Source: Mytilus trossulus (taxonomy: Eukaryota). Taken from it: DNA of 64,000 nt. Location of the stretch: positions 45,818,001 through 45,882,000 of the forward strand of contig NC_086382.1 of NCBI RefSeq assembly GCF_036588685.1, given 5' to 3'. Each line of letters starts with the position of its first letter. The stretch's first letter is position 1. The notes under the pieces are model-generated. The model did not search any database. It was not told where the DNA came from and saw only the letters and a list, made by a program, of their open reading frames with translations. The position numbers and the translations under genes were made by a program. This document shows positions 1 to 13,100 of the stretch, piece by piece.

Positions 1-21
1 CAACACAATTATCATGCTACG

Positions 22-1520
22 TTGGGCAGGGATGTTGATTATAATACAAAACAAAGGACCAGACGCGTTACGTGGAAAGGTGAAGAGGAAAAGAGTACTG
101 ACCAATATGAAGGGATGGACAGCGTTAGGCAGTTGGTAAATTCATTTCGGAAACCAGATAATCAAACATTACAGAATGAAATCAAAGCACTAAGAGATCT
201 TTTAGAAAGGGCCATGCTGCATGATTCAAAACCAGCTACCTTGACAGCACAGTCAACGGGATGTTATTTTTGTGGCGATAAAAGCCATTTCAAACGTGAT
301 TGTCCAAAAAGATCACGATCCCCCAGCCCTATGAGAAGACAAGATACTGGTGCTGATTGTGAAAGAAGATATATTATCAAATTGGCAGAGGATAAGATTT
401 ACTCATTCCAATTCAAGTCAATGGCAATAAGGTCGATGCTATTGTTGATACAGGAGCAGATGTAACGGTACTTTCAAGATCCTTTGCAAATTGTATTGGT
501 TTGAGCGGTACTACCGGTATAAAAGCTTGCTTATTGAATGCAGAAAATGGGAAAGAAATGGAGGCTGACATGAATGTTGTTGCAAAGCTTCAACTGGGTA
601 AAAAGGAGATAATTTGGAAAGTATGCATTGCCCCCATAAGAGATGATATTTTGATTGGAATAGACTTACTGAAAGAAGTAGATGGTATCATAATGGCCAA
701 ATAAGGTGATCTGCTGATAAATAATGAGCTGATACCAGGACGGTATCGAACAGAAAATGATTGCCAAATATCAAGAGTGACGGCTGAAATGGAACCCACT
801 TTAGATACTTTAAAGCTCATGGACGAGACAGATGTATATGGAGGAGTTGAAAGTCTAAAAGAAAGTATTGTTGATGTTTTAGACCCAGCTTCCTTACAAG
901 ACAATAACAACACTGGGTCGGTTTTAGTGGAAACTCGCCTACAGGATAATCTTGAAAAAGATAATGTTTCAGACATGGACGAGGTAAGTGCGATTGGTTC
1001 AAATGTGCCACATGAGCCGAGGACACAGGCTCCAGACTCAGGTGGGTTTGAGAACAAGAATATTAAGCTATCGCAAGAATTTGTTGTCGAAATTTCAGAT
1101 GCTTATGATGCGGCTAACGACGATAAATCTGATAGTTCAAAGAAAGAGAATTCACTATTTGAAGACTATATCATATGTTCATTAGAACAGACGATACAAA
1201 GTTTAGATTCGGGCAAGAATTCAACCAAACAAGATGATGAATCAGAACAGAAGGAGATTATATCACGTGATTCGGGGACACTGAGTCCAGTCTCAAGTGG
1301 TAGTAAGACCCATTCAAACGTAACCAAGAAGATAGGGTCTCTCAATGATGCCTTAAATCCAAAGATTTCACCCAAGATGGATGACAGTTCAGATTCCAGT
1401 GAGTCGAGGACACAGGTTCCAGACTTACCTGGGAATCGTCAGATGACAAAAGAAAAGCACCCACCTAAAATCAGTCGATATGGACGCAAAATAAACCAAC
1501 CCTTACGTTTCAAAGATTGA
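22..1520 (+). pseudogene. Disrupted gag-protease-tail polyprotein of the LTR element
   Basis: Frame switch +1 to +3 near 397. In-frame TAA at 702-704. ORFs 501-704 and 777-1520 share one frame. The end, SRYGRKINQPLRFKD*, resembles the usual Gypsy pol C-terminal tail. Confidence 0.7.
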
Positions 1521-1594
1521 CAAAAACATTTGTGCAAAAAAATAAGAGATATTCTTATTGAGAACTGTCTGTTTATAAAGAAAAGGGGGGATAG

Positions 1595-1771
1595 TGTAAC
1601 GGTTATTAGGTTCGGGATTGTGTACTTGTTTTTATGTTGTTCGTTCTATAAATAAAGTTTGAGTACTGCAGACGTCTCTTTGTCACAGCCAAGCTTTTTG
1701 TAGATCTCTGCTATTTGTGGTGCCAAATAGGACCCACGTTGCTTGAGAAGTGTTTCAGGCATCACATTACA
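1595..1771 (+). repeat. 3' LTR, 177 bp
   Basis: Starts TGTAAC right after the PPT, ends ATTACA (5-bp inverted ends), internal AATAAA at ~1651. Confidence 0.75.
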
Positions 1772-1809
1772 TTGTGTTAAACTCGCACGTCAATCTTTTG
1801 TCTGTCAAG

Positions 1810-4800
1810 TTTTGATCACTGTTTCTAATCATCTTCGGAAGGCCCCTTTTTTAATTTATAATTACCAATGGAAGTAGAAAGACCTTTTGTCTAACCTGTC
1901 TTTGTGTTATTTTTTATACGTCCGTCAATTTTGACGGGACGTATTATGGTATACAAATGTCCAGTGTCCGTCCGTCCGTCCGCCCGTCTGTCCGTCTGTC
2001 CGGTGTAAACATGTCGCACCGTAACTTGAGAACGACTTATCCAAATTTCATGAAACTTAACATAGTTGTTTCTTATGATGGTCAAATGATCTGTATACTC
2101 TTTTGTGAAAATAAGATTACAACTTTTTGAGTTACGGCACTTTGTTACTAAAACAGGGGTGTGTTTTTTTCACATGTCGCACCGTATCTCAAAAACGATT
2201 CTTGATTATGGCTTTAAACTTTAAATACTTCTTAGTTATATTAATCTTAATATCTGTATACTTTTTGGTGATGATTCAAAATTTAATTTTTGAGTTATTG
2301 AGTATTTTGTAAAAAAGGGGGAGGTTTTTTTTGTGAAAATAAGATTACAACTTTTTGAGTTACGGCACTTTGTAACTAAAACAGGGGTGTGTTTTTTTCA
2401 CATGTCGCACCATATCTCAAAAACGATTTATGATTATTACTTAAAACTTTACACATGTCTTTGTTATATTAATTTTAAGATCTGTATACGTTTTGGTGAT
2501 GATTCAAAATTTCATTTTTGAGTTATTGAGTATTTTGTAAAAAAAAAAAGGGGGGGTTTACATGTCGCACCATATCTCAAAAACGATTTATGATTATTGC
2601 TTAAAACTTTACACACTTCTTTATATTAATCTAAAGATCTGTATACTTTTTGGTGATGATTCATTTTTATATTTTCGAGTTATTGAGTTTTTTGTAAAAA
2701 AAGAGTTTTTTTTTCACATGTTGCGCTGTATCTCTATTGCTTAAAACTTAACAGGCTAATGTTGCGTCGGGTTTCCAAATACATCTTGTACAATGATGAA
2801 TCTTCCTATTGAGCGGGAATAAGGAAGGAGTCAGGATATACTAAGCATGACATCCTGTACAACACTGTGTTATTCAAAAAAGATTTATGTTTTTTCACAA
2901 GACGACGGGCGTATCATGCGCTCATGGCGCAGCTGTTTATTTAAATGTTGATCAAGTCGAAATGCTATCTAAAACACTTACCACTCATTCAAAAAAGAAG
3001 GGTCTGACTTGTTTTTATCATACTGCTTTTATTACATTATAGATGTCGGTTTCCGTTCGATTCCGTTAAATACCAATTCCTCAGAGCATTTGGTACTTTG
3101 CGGAACGGAACGGAACGGAAAAATAAATTAAAAAGTTTAAATCAGATCCAACTTGATTACTGTTTCTAATCCTCGTCGGAACGAGAGGTGGAAGGCCTCT
3201 TTAAAAAAATATAATTACCAATGGAAGGAGTAAGACTTTTTGTCTAAGCTGCCTTTGTTTTAAATTCTTAATTATTTATCTGGTCGGGAATGCTATCTAA
3301 AACACTTATTTCTTCTGCAAAAAGGGATGTCAGACACATTTTTTATCCTACTGCTTTTATTACATTATAGATGTCTGTTTCCGTTCGATTCCGTTAAATA
3401 CCAATTCCTCAGAGCAATTGGTACTTTGCGGAACGGAACGGAACGGAATAATAAATTAAAAAGTTTAAATCAGATTCAACTTGATCACTGTTTCTAATCC
3501 TCGTCGGAACGAAAGGTGGAAGGCCTCTTTTAAAAAATATAATTACCAATGGAAGAAGTAAGACTTTTTGTCTATCCGGCCTTTGTGTTAAATTCTTAAT
3601 TATTTATCTGGTCGGGAATGCTATCTAAAACACTTATTTCTTCTGCAAAAAGGGGTGTCAGACACATTTTTTTTTATCATACTGCTTTTATTACATTATA
3701 AATGTCTGGTTCCGTTCGATTCCGTTAAATACCAATTCCTCAGAGCAATTGGTACTTTGCGGAACGGAACGGAACGGAATAATAAATTTAAAAGTTTAAA
3801 TCAGATTCAACTTGATTACTGTTTCTAATTCTCGTCGGCACGAGAGGTGGAAGGCCTCTTTTAAAAAAAATATAATTACCAATGGAAGGAGTAAGATTTT
3901 TTGTTTTTGTCTAAGCTGCCTTTGTTTTAAATTCTTAATTATTTATCTGGTCGGGAATGCTATCTAAAACACTTATTTCTTCTGCAAAAAGGGGTGTCAG
4001 ACACATTTTTTTTTATCATACTGCTTTTATTACATTATAAATGTCTGGTTCCGTTCGATTCCGTTAAATACCAATTCCTCAGAGCAATTGGTACTTTGCG
4101 GAACGGAACGGAACGGAATAATAAATTAAAAAGTTTAAATCAGATTCAACTTGATCACTGTTTCTAATCGTAGTCGGAACGAAAGGTGGAAGGCCTCTTT
4201 TAAAAAATATAATTACCAATGGAAGAAGTAAGACTTTTTGTCTATCCGGCCTTTGTGTTAAATTCTTAATTATTTATCTGGTCGGGAATGCTATCTAAAA
4301 CACTTATTTCTTCTGCAAAAAGGGGTTTCAGACACATTTTTTTTTATCATACTGCTTTTATTACATTATAAATGTCTGGTTCCGTTCGATTCCGTTAAAT
4401 ACCAATTCCTCAGAGCAATTGGTACTTTGCGGAACGGAACGGAACGGAATAATAAATTTAAAAGTTTAAATCAGATTCAACTTGATTACTGTTTCTAATT
4501 CTCGTCGGCACGAGAGGTGGAAGGCCTCTTTTAAAAAATATAATTACCAATGGAAGGAGTAAGATTTTTTGTTTTTGTCTAAGCTGCCTTTGTTTTAAAT
4601 TCTTAATTATTTATCTGGTCGGGAATGCTATCTAAAACACTTATTTCTTCTGCAAAAAGGGGTGTCAGACACATTTTTTTTTATCATACTACTTTTATTT
4701 CATTATAAATGTCTGGTTCCGTTCGATTCCGTTAAATACCAATTCCTCAGAGCAATTGGTACTTTGCGGAACGGAACGGAACGGAATAATAAATTAAAAA

Positions 4801-7800
4801 GTTTAAATCAGATTCAACTTGATCACTGTTTCTAATCCTCGTCGGAACGAAAGGTGGAAGGCCTCTTTTAAAAAATATAATTACCAATGGAAGAAGTAAG
4901 ACTTTTTGTCTATCCGGCCTTTGTGTTAAATTCTTAATTATTTATCTGGTCGGGAATGCTATCTAAAACACTTATTTCTTCTGCAAAAAGGGGTGTCAGA
5001 CACATTTTTTTTTATCATACTGCTTTTATTACATTATAAATGTCTGGTTCCGTTCGATTCCGTTAAATACCAATTCCTCAGAGCAATTGGTACTTTGCGG
5101 AACGGAACGGAACGGAATAATAAATTAAAAAGTTTAAATCAGATTCAACTTGATTACTGTTTCTAATTCTCGTCGGCACGAGAGGTGGAAGGCCTCTTTT
5201 AAAAAATATAATTACCAATGGAAGGAGTAAGATTTTTTGTTTTTGTCTAAGCTGCCTTTGTTTTAAATTCTTAATTATTTATCTGGTCGGGAATGCTATC
5301 TAAAACACTTATTTCTTCTGCAAAAAGGGGTGTCAGACACATTTTTTTTTATCATACTACTTTTATTTCATTATAAATGTCTGGTTCCGTTCGATTCCGT
5401 TAAATACCAATTCCTCAGAGCAATTGGTACTTTGCGGAACGGAACGGAACGGAATAATAAATTAAAAAGTTTAAATCAGATTCAACTTGATCACTGTTTC
5501 TAATCCTCGTCGGAACGAAAGGTGGAAGGCCTCTTTTAAAAAATATAATTACCAATGGAAGAAGTAAGACTTTTTGTCTATCCGGCCTTTGTGTTAAATT
5601 CTTAATTATTTATCTGGTCGGGAATGCTATCTAAAACACTTATTTCTTCTGCAAAAAGGGGTGTCAGACACATTTTTTTTTATCATACTGCTTTTATTAC
5701 ATTATAAATGTCTGGTTCCGTTCGATTCCGTTAAATACCAATTCCTCAGAGCAATTGGTACTTTGCGGAACGGAACGGAACGGAATAATAAATTAAAAAG
5801 TTTAAATCAGATTCAACTTGATTACTGTTTCTAATTCTCGTCGGCACGAGAGGTGGAAGGCCTCTTTTAAAAAATATAATTACCAATGGAAGAAGTAAGA
5901 CTTTTTGTCTATCCGGCCTTTGTGTTAAATTCTTAATTATTTATCTGGTCGGGAATGCTATCTAAAACACTTATTTCTTCTGCAAAAAGGGGTGTCAGAC
6001 ACATTTTTTTTTATCATACTGCTTTTATTACATTATAAATGTCTGGTTCCGTTCGATTCCGTTAAATACCAATTCCTCAGAGCAATTGGTACTTTGCGGA
6101 ACGGAACGGAACGGAATAATAAATTAAAAAGTTTAAATCAGATTCAACTTGATTACTGTTTCTAATTCTCGTCGGCACGAGAGGTGGAAGGCCTCTTTTA
6201 AAAAATATAATTACCAATGGAAGGAGTAAGATTTTTGTTTTTGTCTAAGCTGCCTTTGTTTTAAATTCTTAATTATTTATCTGGTCGGGAATGCTATCTA
6301 AAACACTTATTTCTTCTGCAAAAAGGGGTGTCAGACACATTTTTTTTTATCATACTACTTTTATTTCATTATAAATGTCTGGTTCCGTTCGATTCCGTTA
6401 AATACCAATTCCTCAGAGCAATTGGTACTTTGCGGAACGGAACGGAACGGAATAATAAATTAAAAAGTTTAAATCAGATTCAACTTGATCACTGTTTCTA
6501 ATCGTAGTCGGAACGAAAGGTGGAAGGCCTCTTTTAAAAAATATAATTACCAATGGAAGAAGTAAGACTTTTTGTCTATCCGGCCTTTGTGTTAAATTCT
6601 TAATTATTTATCTGGTCGGGAATGCTATCTAAAACACTTATTTCTTCTGCAAAAAGGGGTTTCAGACACATTTTTTTTTATCATACTGCTTTTATTACAT
6701 TATAAATGTCTGGTTCCGTTCGATTCCGTTAAATACCAATTCCTCAGAGCAATTGGTACTTTGCGGAACGGAACGGAACGGAATAATAAATTAAAAAGTT
6801 TAAATCAGATTCAACTTGATTACTGTTTCTAATTCTCGTCGGCACGAGAGGTGGAAGGCCTCTTTTAAAAAATATAATTACCAATGGAAGGAGTAAGATT
6901 TTTTGTTTTTGTCTAAGCTGCCTTTGTTTTAAATTCTTAATTATTTATCTGGTCGGGAATGCTATCTAAAACACTTATTTCTTCTGCAAAAAGGGGTGTC
7001 AGACACATTTTTTTTTATCATACTACTTTTATTTCATTATAAATGTCTGGTTCCGTTCGATTCCGTTAAATACCAATTCCTCAGAGCAATTGGTACTTTG
7101 CGGAACGGAACGGAACGGAATAATAAATTAAAAAGTTTAAATCAGATTCAACTTGATCACTGTTTCTAATCATAGTCGGAACGAAAGGTGGAAGGCCTCT
7201 TTTAAAAAATATAATTACCAATGGAAGAAGTAAGACTTTTTGTCTATCCGGCCTTTGTGTTAAATTCTTAATTATTTATCTGGTCGGGAATGCTATCTAA
7301 AACACTTATTTCTTCTGCAAAAAGGGGTTTCAGACACATTTTTTTTTATCATTCTGCTTTTATTACATTATAAATGTCTGGTTCCGTTCGATTCCGTTAA
7401 ATACCAATTCCTCAGAGCAATTGGTACTTTGCGGAACGGAACGGAACGGAATAATAAATTAAAAAGTTTAAATCAGATTCAACTTGATTACTGTTTCTAA
7501 TCCTCGTCGGCACGAGAGGTGGAAGGCCTCTTTTAAAAAATATAATTACCAATGGAAGGAGTAAGACTTTTTGTCTAAGCTGCCTTTGTTTTAAATTCTT
7601 AATTATTTATCTGGTCGGGAATGCTACCTAAAACACTTATTTCTCGTGCAAAAAGGGGTGTCAGACACATTTTTTTTTTGGATATCATACTGCTTTTATT
7701 ACATTATAAATGTCTGGTTCCGTTCGATTCCGTTAAATACCAATTCCTCAGAGCAATTGGTACTTTGCGGAACGGAACGGAATAATAAATTTAAAAAGTT

Positions 7801-7840
7801 AAAATCAGAACCAATGTTTCTAATCATCGTCGGAAAGGAC
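1810..7840. repeat. Satellite array, ~15 monomers of ~328-339 bp with an alternating 331/337-bp dimer (~668 bp HOR)
   Basis: The cggaacggaacggaa motif recurs at 3101, 3429, 3760, 4099, 4430, 4767, 5098, 5435, 5766, 6097, 6433, 6764, 7101, 7432, 7768. Confidence 0.97.
1911..2937 (+). mobile_element. Helentron-associated non-autonomous element (HINE/DINE-1/pearl-like), inserted in the first satellite monomer
   Basis: 5' palindrome atacgtccgtcaattttgacgggacgtat, (GTCC)n/(GTCT)n microsatellite, internal tandem repeats, 3' subTIR gacgggcgtat plus hairpin tgcgctcatggcgca, T-rich insertion site. Flanks join into one satellite monomer. Confidence 0.75.
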
Positions 7841-8330
7841 GACGTGAGGTCAGTCTAGATATCATAATGCATGACTTGCAAATGCGTTAATTTCATGATA
7901 ATTTATCAGGACAATCCGACATATTCATTTACAGAATAGTTCCCGATGTTATACATTATTGCACATTTCACCTGTGAAGATGAGATTAAGTATACATTTG
8001 TGTTATTTGTATATGGAAAACCGTAAAACACAGAAATTTTAAAGTTTGTTTTGTTTTAAAGATTTTTCGAAATTTGATAAATGCCCCCTTTGGATACCTT
8101 AAATGAAATTCTGTTCCGTTCCGTTCCGTTCCGTTCCGTTCCGTAAAGTACCAATAGCCACAATATGACAATGAAATTTTAAAATAATAATTTTTTTTTC
8201 ACTTTGTCCAGTAGACTTCAACGTTCTTCCAAATCCAATGCATGATTTCTTTCTGGGATAATCCTACAATAAAGAATATATTATCAATGAAAATGTATAG
8301 AACCTTTATCATTATGAGATCTCATAATTT

Positions 8331-8975
8331 AAAAAGAAGATGTGGTATGATTGCCAATGAGACAACTGTTCACAAAAGACCAAAATGACACAGAAATTAA
8401 CAACTATAGGTCACAGTACGGCTTTCAACAATGAGCAAAGCCCATACCTCGTATCCCAGCCTCGTATTCAGCTAAAAAAGGCCCCGATAAGACAATGTAA
8501 AACAATTCAAACGAGAAAACGAACGGCCTTATTTATGTAAAAAAAAATGAACGAAAAACAAATGTGTAACACATAAACAAACTACAACCACTAAATTACA
8601 GGCTCCTGACTTAGCTAGGACAGACACATACATAATTAATTACTCCGAGATTACTCCGACGTCCGACTGCTGTTTTGCAAGACAAGCTGGGGCCGTAGGA
8701 CGTCAGAGCTCTCCAATATCAAAAAGTGGATATTTGCCTACCCAAAATAGATGCGCTGCTTCATCGCTTCTGGAGCCGACTGGGGACATTGGAATTTTAT
8801 AAATAGGGCATCCATCTCTTCATTTTTCATTAATCTCTTCATTTATGTAAGTTCTACCTGCCAACCTTTATTTTTCTATATTTTAAAAGTTTTCATAGTG
8901 ACCCCTCCATTTCAGCATTTTAAATAATGTGGCTGGGTTAAACATGTTTATAGCAGGATCCCAACCCTCCCCCTG
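8331..8975 (-). repeat. 5'-truncated copy of the abundant retroposon tail, with a ~285-bp insertion (~8636-8920)
   Basis: Begins aaaaagaagatgtggtatgattgccaatgagacaact; reverse complement matches 37330-37667. Confidence 0.8.
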
Positions 8976-9479
8976 CTTTTAAAAGACTGCTTTTATTTTA
9001 TTAACAGATCCAAATATAAGTCTGAATTTCTTAAACTAACAATATAAATGAACCTTTCATTCGTTATCAGACCTCATGTTGTTTATTCACCTTGTCACTC
9101 GAACTTGTCACGTGTGATTCTTAATTATGAATCGGAAATGTCACGATCACAAAAAAACGGTATTTCGTAAAATTACAAATTTTACATGAGTACAAAGGAT
9201 TATAACCAAGGCTTGTACTTAAATATCAGGGAAACAGATTGTTCATCTGAACTATAAGTGATGATCGAATTTCTCATTGACCCAGTCCCATACACTGGTA
9301 AAAAATGGAGATTACCTTCCGATTTAGTCAGTAAATTCAAGTATATAACTGCATTTTTTTTCCATTTAAAGTGATTATAAGCAAACAATAATGATTATTT
9401 CAATGTTATATTCACACTTACCGAAATACAAACCTCTTTAAACATACACATTCGCTAAATAATAATTTTTCTTCAGCAG

Positions 9480-9600
9480 TCAAAGATGGCGGATTTTTCC
9501 ATCTTGTCGAACCCATCAAGTCACGTGACTCAGATGTTGTCGATGACACAAAAATAATCACGATTTGACTGGTCAGTACAGGAAGTGACCAATCTCTGTG
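9480..9600. promoter_or_regulatory. Housekeeping-type promoter motif cluster upstream of RPL36A
   Basis: AAGATGGCGG (YY1-like) ~9483, GTCACGTGAC (E-box) ~9520, GGAAGTG (ETS-like) ~9581, CCAAT ~9589. Confidence 0.45.
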
Positions 9601-10153
9601 TTATAGTAGTCTCAGCACTGTGCAACAGAATGGAAGGTTTAAAATGAAAGTTGAAACTCAGGTGTTTTGTTTATTGTTTTTTTTATTGGGGTGCCCTCCA
9701 AAAAAAATTATACAGCGTTCTGTCTTATGTCTGTCTCATGTGCATAGGGTCCCTCATGATTATTGTTGTTTGTATTCAAGCAGTTTTAATAGAACCTTAT
9801 AAAAATTCTTAAAATCGTAACCTATTGCTGTTCTGCATGAAGAAACTATCACAACTTCTTGGGACATTGCTTTCACTTTGCACTTTCGTTTTTAAAATCC
9901 GTGTGAATGACACGCTTTATCAACGATTCTACTGTAACTTGATAATTTCTTGTTTTTCTAGGCAACTGATGTTTCGTAAATAACTGGAAACAAATATTGT
10001 AAAACGGTTATAGTATACTTATCAACAAATAAACGTTTCTAATTGATAGATATTGTGTATTTACTTCAATTCGAGTATAATTAGCTTCTGTTATAAAATG
10101 AATATACACTTTACCGAAAAAATATTAAAACACTTGACTGATCACGTAACTTA

Positions 10154-10163
10154 CTTCCTTTCC
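10154..10163 (+). promoter_or_regulatory. TCT initiator / 5'TOP pyrimidine tract of RPL36A copy 1
   Basis: CTTCCTTTCC starting 23 nt upstream of the ATG-only first coding exon, typical of ribosomal protein genes. Confidence 0.7.
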
Positions 10164-10176
10164 AAAATCGGTCAAA

Positions 10177-13100
10177 ATGGTGAGGCATTACGCTAGCATA
10201 TAGCAAATATAAAATCCTTAATCATCCGCTTTCTTGGTTATATTCTGTGCTCCTTTTACTGTTTGTTTAATAAATAAATAACTTAACGTCTACTTTTCAG
10301 TTATGTGGAGTTGTTTTGATTTCTAACCTTTTCATTAGAACTCTGATAATCTGTACTGTATACATCATTTCTGCTATCCCAAATAACCATTATTCAGCAA
10401 GTGATAATTTATTTTAACTGTTTAATCTTCACATCTTAGCTAGAGCAAGGATAAGCTGATGATGATGATGACGTTTTATTTGATTATGAACTTGTTCGAA
10501 ATATTGTTAAAATAGAATTGCCTTGTATGTCAGTTCTTGCTAATATTTAAACTGTATTTGATGTACACATTATACTAGCTGATTTGTGATTTCTGATAAA
10601 GGCTGTTTGTGTGCCTGCAATTATCAAATGAGGTATTTCAATCTGCAAATAACCATACAATTATGCTGACTATCAAAGTACTGTAGAAATAAACCCTGCA
10701 AACATTACATTATGAGGGGTAACCCTTTAATGTCAATTATATCTCTCTTTTATAAGGGGTATATTTCAAGTACCAAAAAATATTTCAAATTGATTTAAGG
10801 CATAAATATGAAACTAAGTAAATGACATTCTATATTTTTTCAGGTCAACGTACCCAAACAAAGACGTACCTTCTGTAAAAGTACGGAGTGCAGAAAGCAC
10901 ACCTTACACAAAGTTACACAGTACAAGGCTGGAAAAGCCTCGTTATATGCACAAGGTATTTATTTAAAAAAAAATGCATTTGCAAGTTCACTTGCAAAAA
11001 TGCACTGTGATTATCAATATTTCTTTCACAGGCCTACAAACCCTTGCACATTTCATGTGTCAGAGGCATAGAGACTGTTGCCTACATAAGTTGTCAATTT
11101 TCGTAAACAATACTAAGCACTGTAAATTGATTGGCATTCTCATACATATTTTAAAGATGCAACCAATAATTTTGACACAGATTCATTTCATAAATCTTAC
11201 TTGTTTGAAAGTTAACTACAATGTAGACTTACATGAACTCAGAAGCAGGAAGGTTGTGCACAACTAATAAATCATTTTGTTTCATAAAAAAATATTCTCT
11301 GTTGAGGTTCCACTTAGGTCAAAATATAGGACACTATAGAAATATCTAAACTTTGCCTGGATTTTTCAACCTATAATGAATAAAGTCTTAAACAATTGGA
11401 ACATATGTTCATTTAAACATACTTAACATATATATATACACTGTGAAACTAGTAAATAAACTTAATGTAAAAAAAACTAATAATTTCTAGTAGTGGCAGC
11501 CTGGAAGTCTTGATAGCAGTCTTCACGATGAACTTTTAAATCTACAGGCCCTGAGCTTGAGTTTTGATTTTTTTTAAGTAAGATTCTGTTGGCCTGTAGA
11601 TATGATTTTTACAGTCCTGAGAGCGATTCTACAAGCCTGGGCTGCCAATCAGCATGAAGACTAATGGGCACCTGCCCTTCAACAAACTTAAATATGTAGA
11701 TTAGGCCACACCAATTTGATTCCTTGTTCGACGGACCCGCCCGCACCTATTTTTTTCAAAACAGAATTTTTTTTATTTTTTTTATATTCCCGCATCCGGA
11801 AATGTAATCATGTCCATTTTCCGCACCGTTTTTTTTTGTAAATATTCTAAAAAGATATCAACATCTATTTTTAAAATCAGTCTAACCTTTAACGATTTTA
11901 AACATAGAAGCACCTCAACACACTGTGTAAATATCTGTGAGAATATTTGTTTTAGCATGAAACCTATTTATCCAAAGTGGGAGTGCTCCGATATAAATTT
12001 TGAACAGCAGAAATACCTTTTAAGAACAAAAAATGGTTTCTTTCCCCCTTACTTAAATTCCCTATCAACAAATGTTCGTTGTTAGAATAAAGTACAAAGA
12101 ATTTCTGAAGGATTTGCCTTCAACTGCAATTATATTGTATGCTGGCGAAACAAAACTATCCATAGCCGCTGCATGTTTATGCACCTGGCCTGATTAATTC
12201 AGGGGCCTGTCGTTCAGCAATGTTTGTTGATGTTGTTCGATCATTGGTACATGTATTTTCCTGTTCGGATATATAAATTAGATTGTTGGTTTTCCTGTAC
12301 GAATTGTGTACCCTAATAAATTTTGGGTCCTTTTTAGCTTGCTGTTTGGTCTGTATCAAAGCCCTGTGTAAAAGGCTGTACTTTGACCTGTGTTTGCTAT
12401 TATCACAGGGGTGTGGAAATATTTGTTGTGAGCACTTGTCCCCGGGCAAGTGAAACCTAAAATTTTACTTGTCCGGAAAAAAAATTACTTGCCCTGATGA
12501 TCCCAATAAATATTGAAGTATTTCTTGTTAGCTATATATGATTCTTACTTAGCACTGTTGTGCATCACAAACAAATGAAATCTATTTGTTTATATGTGTA
12601 AAAAATTAGGAAAGTAGGAAATGGGTTGACATCAATGGGACAGACACCTAACAGCAAACCAACCAATGGAATGACATGTAAACATGGTAAAGGACAATTT
12701 TGCAGCAGTTTGAATAAAAATTGTAGCCAGTAGGTGCATATACTAAATTTGAGGACAGTGATTGAAGAAATGTAAACTAAATAATAGATAAACTATTGGT
12801 TTTGTGGTGTTTCTCTCAACTGACACACTTGTTTTTTTCTTGATTATTTATTATTGTAAATTTTGATGGACAATTAAAGCTTCCCTTTTATTTTCCACTT
12901 TGACATCAAATAATGTTGACCTTTCATCTATAAATAAGACTTCATCTATAAATAAGACAAAAACTTAATTTATTTTCCGAATTTCCATAGATAGCCAGGG
13001 GCAATCTGATATCCACGATGTCTGAAATTCTCGCTTTTTTTTTAAATACTCTTGTGTGCTCCATTTGCATTTAAGGTTTTCTACTCGACTCATGACTCCT

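Larger units (their letters stand above)
1..1771 (+). mobile_element. Gypsy/Ty3-type LTR retrotransposon, 3' part, non-autonomous or degenerate (gag zinc knuckle, aspartic protease, no RT/RH/IN core, PPT, 3' LTR)
   Basis: CCHC knuckle CYFCGDKSHFKRDC in ORF 22-465. Protease LLIPIQVNGNKVDAIVDTGADVTV in frame +3 from ~399. PPT aaagaaaaggggggatag at 1577-1594, followed by TGTAA...TTACA. Confidence 0.85.

Noticed and set aside
390-402. Programmed -1 frameshift between gag and protease
   Set aside because: No clear X XXY YYZ slippery site, and the element has another stop; a 1-nt indel is simpler.
2940-7840. CRISPR-like array
   Set aside because: Whole ~330-bp units repeat with no unique spacers; eukaryotic context and no cas genes.
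10450-10580. Intronic C/D snoRNA in RPL36A intron 1
   Set aside because: The TGATGA matches come from a (GAT)n run; no terminal stem or recognisable rRNA guide.
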